Source: Paraspadella gotoi (lineage: Eukaryota > Animalia > Chaetognatha). From it: a DNA stretch of 64,000 bases. Below are positions 61,857 to 64,000 of this stretch, in pieces. Position 1 is the first letter of the stretch; each line of letters begins with the position of its first letter. The stretch lies in contig JBJCIZ010000035.1 in NCBI GenBank assembly GCA_051294375.1, positions 62,001 to 126,000 on the forward strand, written 5' to 3'. The notes beneath the pieces were generated by a model. It was not told where the DNA came from and did no database searches. It worked only from the letters and a program-made list of their open reading frames with translations. A program made the translations under genes and the position numbers.

Positions 61857-63280
61857 TTAATCATAATAAAAAACATTGTTATTAAATTTTCTTTCTCTAA
61901 AAATCCAAAAAAGTTTTCCTTCTGTTTTTTCATCATTAACAAAGATTTTAACTCAAAATAAAAAAATGACATTTTTTGATCAATTTGAAAAATGTTTATC
62001 TTAATTAAAAACAACTATATTATTGACTCCAACCCCTGTCACCAAACTTGGTTAAATCTGAATAAATATTTTTATCTATTAATTTTTTTTTACAAAATTA
62101 TTTTGTCTTTCATTAAAAATATTCTAAAAATATTTGGGCTAAAACTAATTGAATTTCAATGATGAACAAATTAAAGTTTTATATTTGATAAAGATTTTGT
62201 TTAAAAATTAATACCGAAAAATATCCTATTTTGTTATTTTTTTAATTCTAAATTTAATTTAATATTATTTGGTTTTAAATTATTGAAGATAATATTTCCC
62301 TTTTAAATCTTTTAAAGCTCCTTTCCTCAATTAAAAATTGCTTACTTTTATTCAGTTAACTACTAGGTAAACCAAAAAATTGTCTATTACCTATTTAAGA
62401 AAAAAATTTTGCCTAAGTTCACCCCTTAGTCACCTAAAGGTAATTCATCCCAAATTTTATTAGAAACCGCCTTACCGTTTGGGCTGCAACTCTTTAAATA
62501 GGTTTCTTTTATTTTATATAGTACAAAAAAAATCAAAAAAACGACTACGCCTTTGAAAAAATAGTAAAGTGAATACATTTTCGGAATAATTTACTATTTT
62601 TTTAAGGATTACATATTTTAATCATAATCATAAAAATATTTCATAATTTTAAATGGTTTTCAAGTTAATTAACATAGTTAATTGATTTTTTTATAATTAA
62701 AAGCATCAAAAACTATTGTGACCTATTTCTAAAAAAAATTTTTTTAAAGATTCATCTTTAAAACAAAGCAATTCATAAATTTTTTTAATAATATAATGAA
62801 ATTGTTACAACAAAGATATAATTATTCAAATGATATCCACTATCCAGATTTTATGCGATATCGCATAGAAAATAATAATTTTGTTAATGAACTGAAACTA
62901 ATGTTATAGTTATAGCAATTTTACCAAAATTAGGTTAAGGGTTAGTGTTTAGTTTTAACATTTGAGGTAGTTGTAATTCAGGTTGAATAAGTAAAAGTTA
63001 GCATTACGATCAACAAGGTTGTTGTAGTTATACCCAACTGGAAAGTTACAGATGGGATAAGTTTTATGGGCGATGATAGGTTCAAGGTTCATGCTTGGCC
63101 TTGGACGCGAAGCTGAGGTTAGGGCTAGGGGAGGGACTTACGTGGGATGCTAGGATAGAAATGATTTATATTTTAATTGAATTTTTGTGTAATTTTTCTT
63201 TCTTTTCGTTGTTCAATAAGACAGCAGATTCGAAAACGAAAGTTTTTAGTATTTTTACAATGATTTTATTACAAAGTATT

Positions 63281-63320
63281 GGACATGTTTTGACTCTTGT
63301 TTTCGAGTCTTCATCAGTAT
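63281..63320 (-). ncRNA. Penelope-type minimal hammerhead (GAAA mutated to AAAA)
   Basis: Minus strand CTGATGA-AGACTC-GAAAACAA-GAGTC-AAAA-CATGTC. Confidence 0.6.
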
Positions 63321-63566
63321 TTGACAGTTGTATTTTTCACAATCATAAAGTTGGGGATAGAGAGAGATTGAGAGAGAGAGAAAGATTCCAACAAAGAATT
63401 GAGAAAGGACAGTGGTCAGATTTAAAGGACAGGTGAAGGCAAGGACAGGAGATAGGGGAAATAAGTTGATTTTGAAATGGTGAAAAAAAAGAAGGAGAGA
63501 GGGAGAGAAACATTACATTTCTAAAATGTAATGTTTCTTTTACACAAATTTGTAAATGCATCACTA

Positions 63567-63612
63567 ACGCTGATGAAAACTCGAAAATAAAGAGGTCGAA
63601 AACATGTCCGTA
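63567..63612 (+). ncRNA. Penelope-type minimal hammerhead
   Basis: ACG-CTGATGA-AAACTC...GAGGTC-GAAAA-CATGTC-CGT; divergent from the 63281 copy. Confidence 0.6.
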
Positions 63613-64000
63613 TATCATTAAATAAATCTGATATGAAAATATTTTTCAAACTTTGTTTAAATCTTTACACTCAATGAAGCTGAAAGGATTAATACAATGG
63701 TTAAAAATTATTGTATATTAAAAAAATTATTTTATTTAATAACAAAATATTTGTATATAAAGTTAAACCAAACTATTACTCTTATCCATACAAAATTTAT
63801 ATGCAGATATCATTTTTAAATTTTTTTTAAAATAAAATTATATTTATATATTATAAAGTAAACATATTTTTTATAATAATATCCGAATGATTATTTAAGA
63901 TAATTTTATCTTATAAATCAATTAACATTTTAGTGATTAAAATTAAATTAATTGCTTTGGATTGCATAGAAGTTTTGGGAATTTTCACGTTTTAAAATTA

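Overview
AT-rich, repeat-saturated invertebrate (arthropod-like) nuclear DNA; the species cannot be determined from the sequence. Host genes are the last two exons of the zinc transporter ZnT9/SLC30A9 (12406-12584, 28233-28538) and the first two coding exons of CDK8 (55850-56191). The last ZnT9 intron holds an intact, young CsRN1-clade Ty3/gypsy retrotransposon (15484-21412). Two N-gaps are flanked by probable false duplications, one an error-rich copy that creates a pseudo-ZnT9 exon. The rest is nested hAT-, Transib- and Kolobok-like MITEs, Helentron-like (HINE) elements, Penelope-type minimal hammerheads, minisatellites and a degenerate env-bearing gypsy element with antisense ORFs. The strongest lead is a set of LTR elements with tRNA-like Pol III A/B boxes inside the LTR. 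It comprises a complete 778-bp TRIM (41729-42506) whose PBS, PPT and TSD length match the autonomous CsRN1 element, short solo-LTR relatives with non-TG 5' ends, and antisense cassettes in two other LTRs, including that of the autonomous element. All calls are by eye; no search or folding was run.
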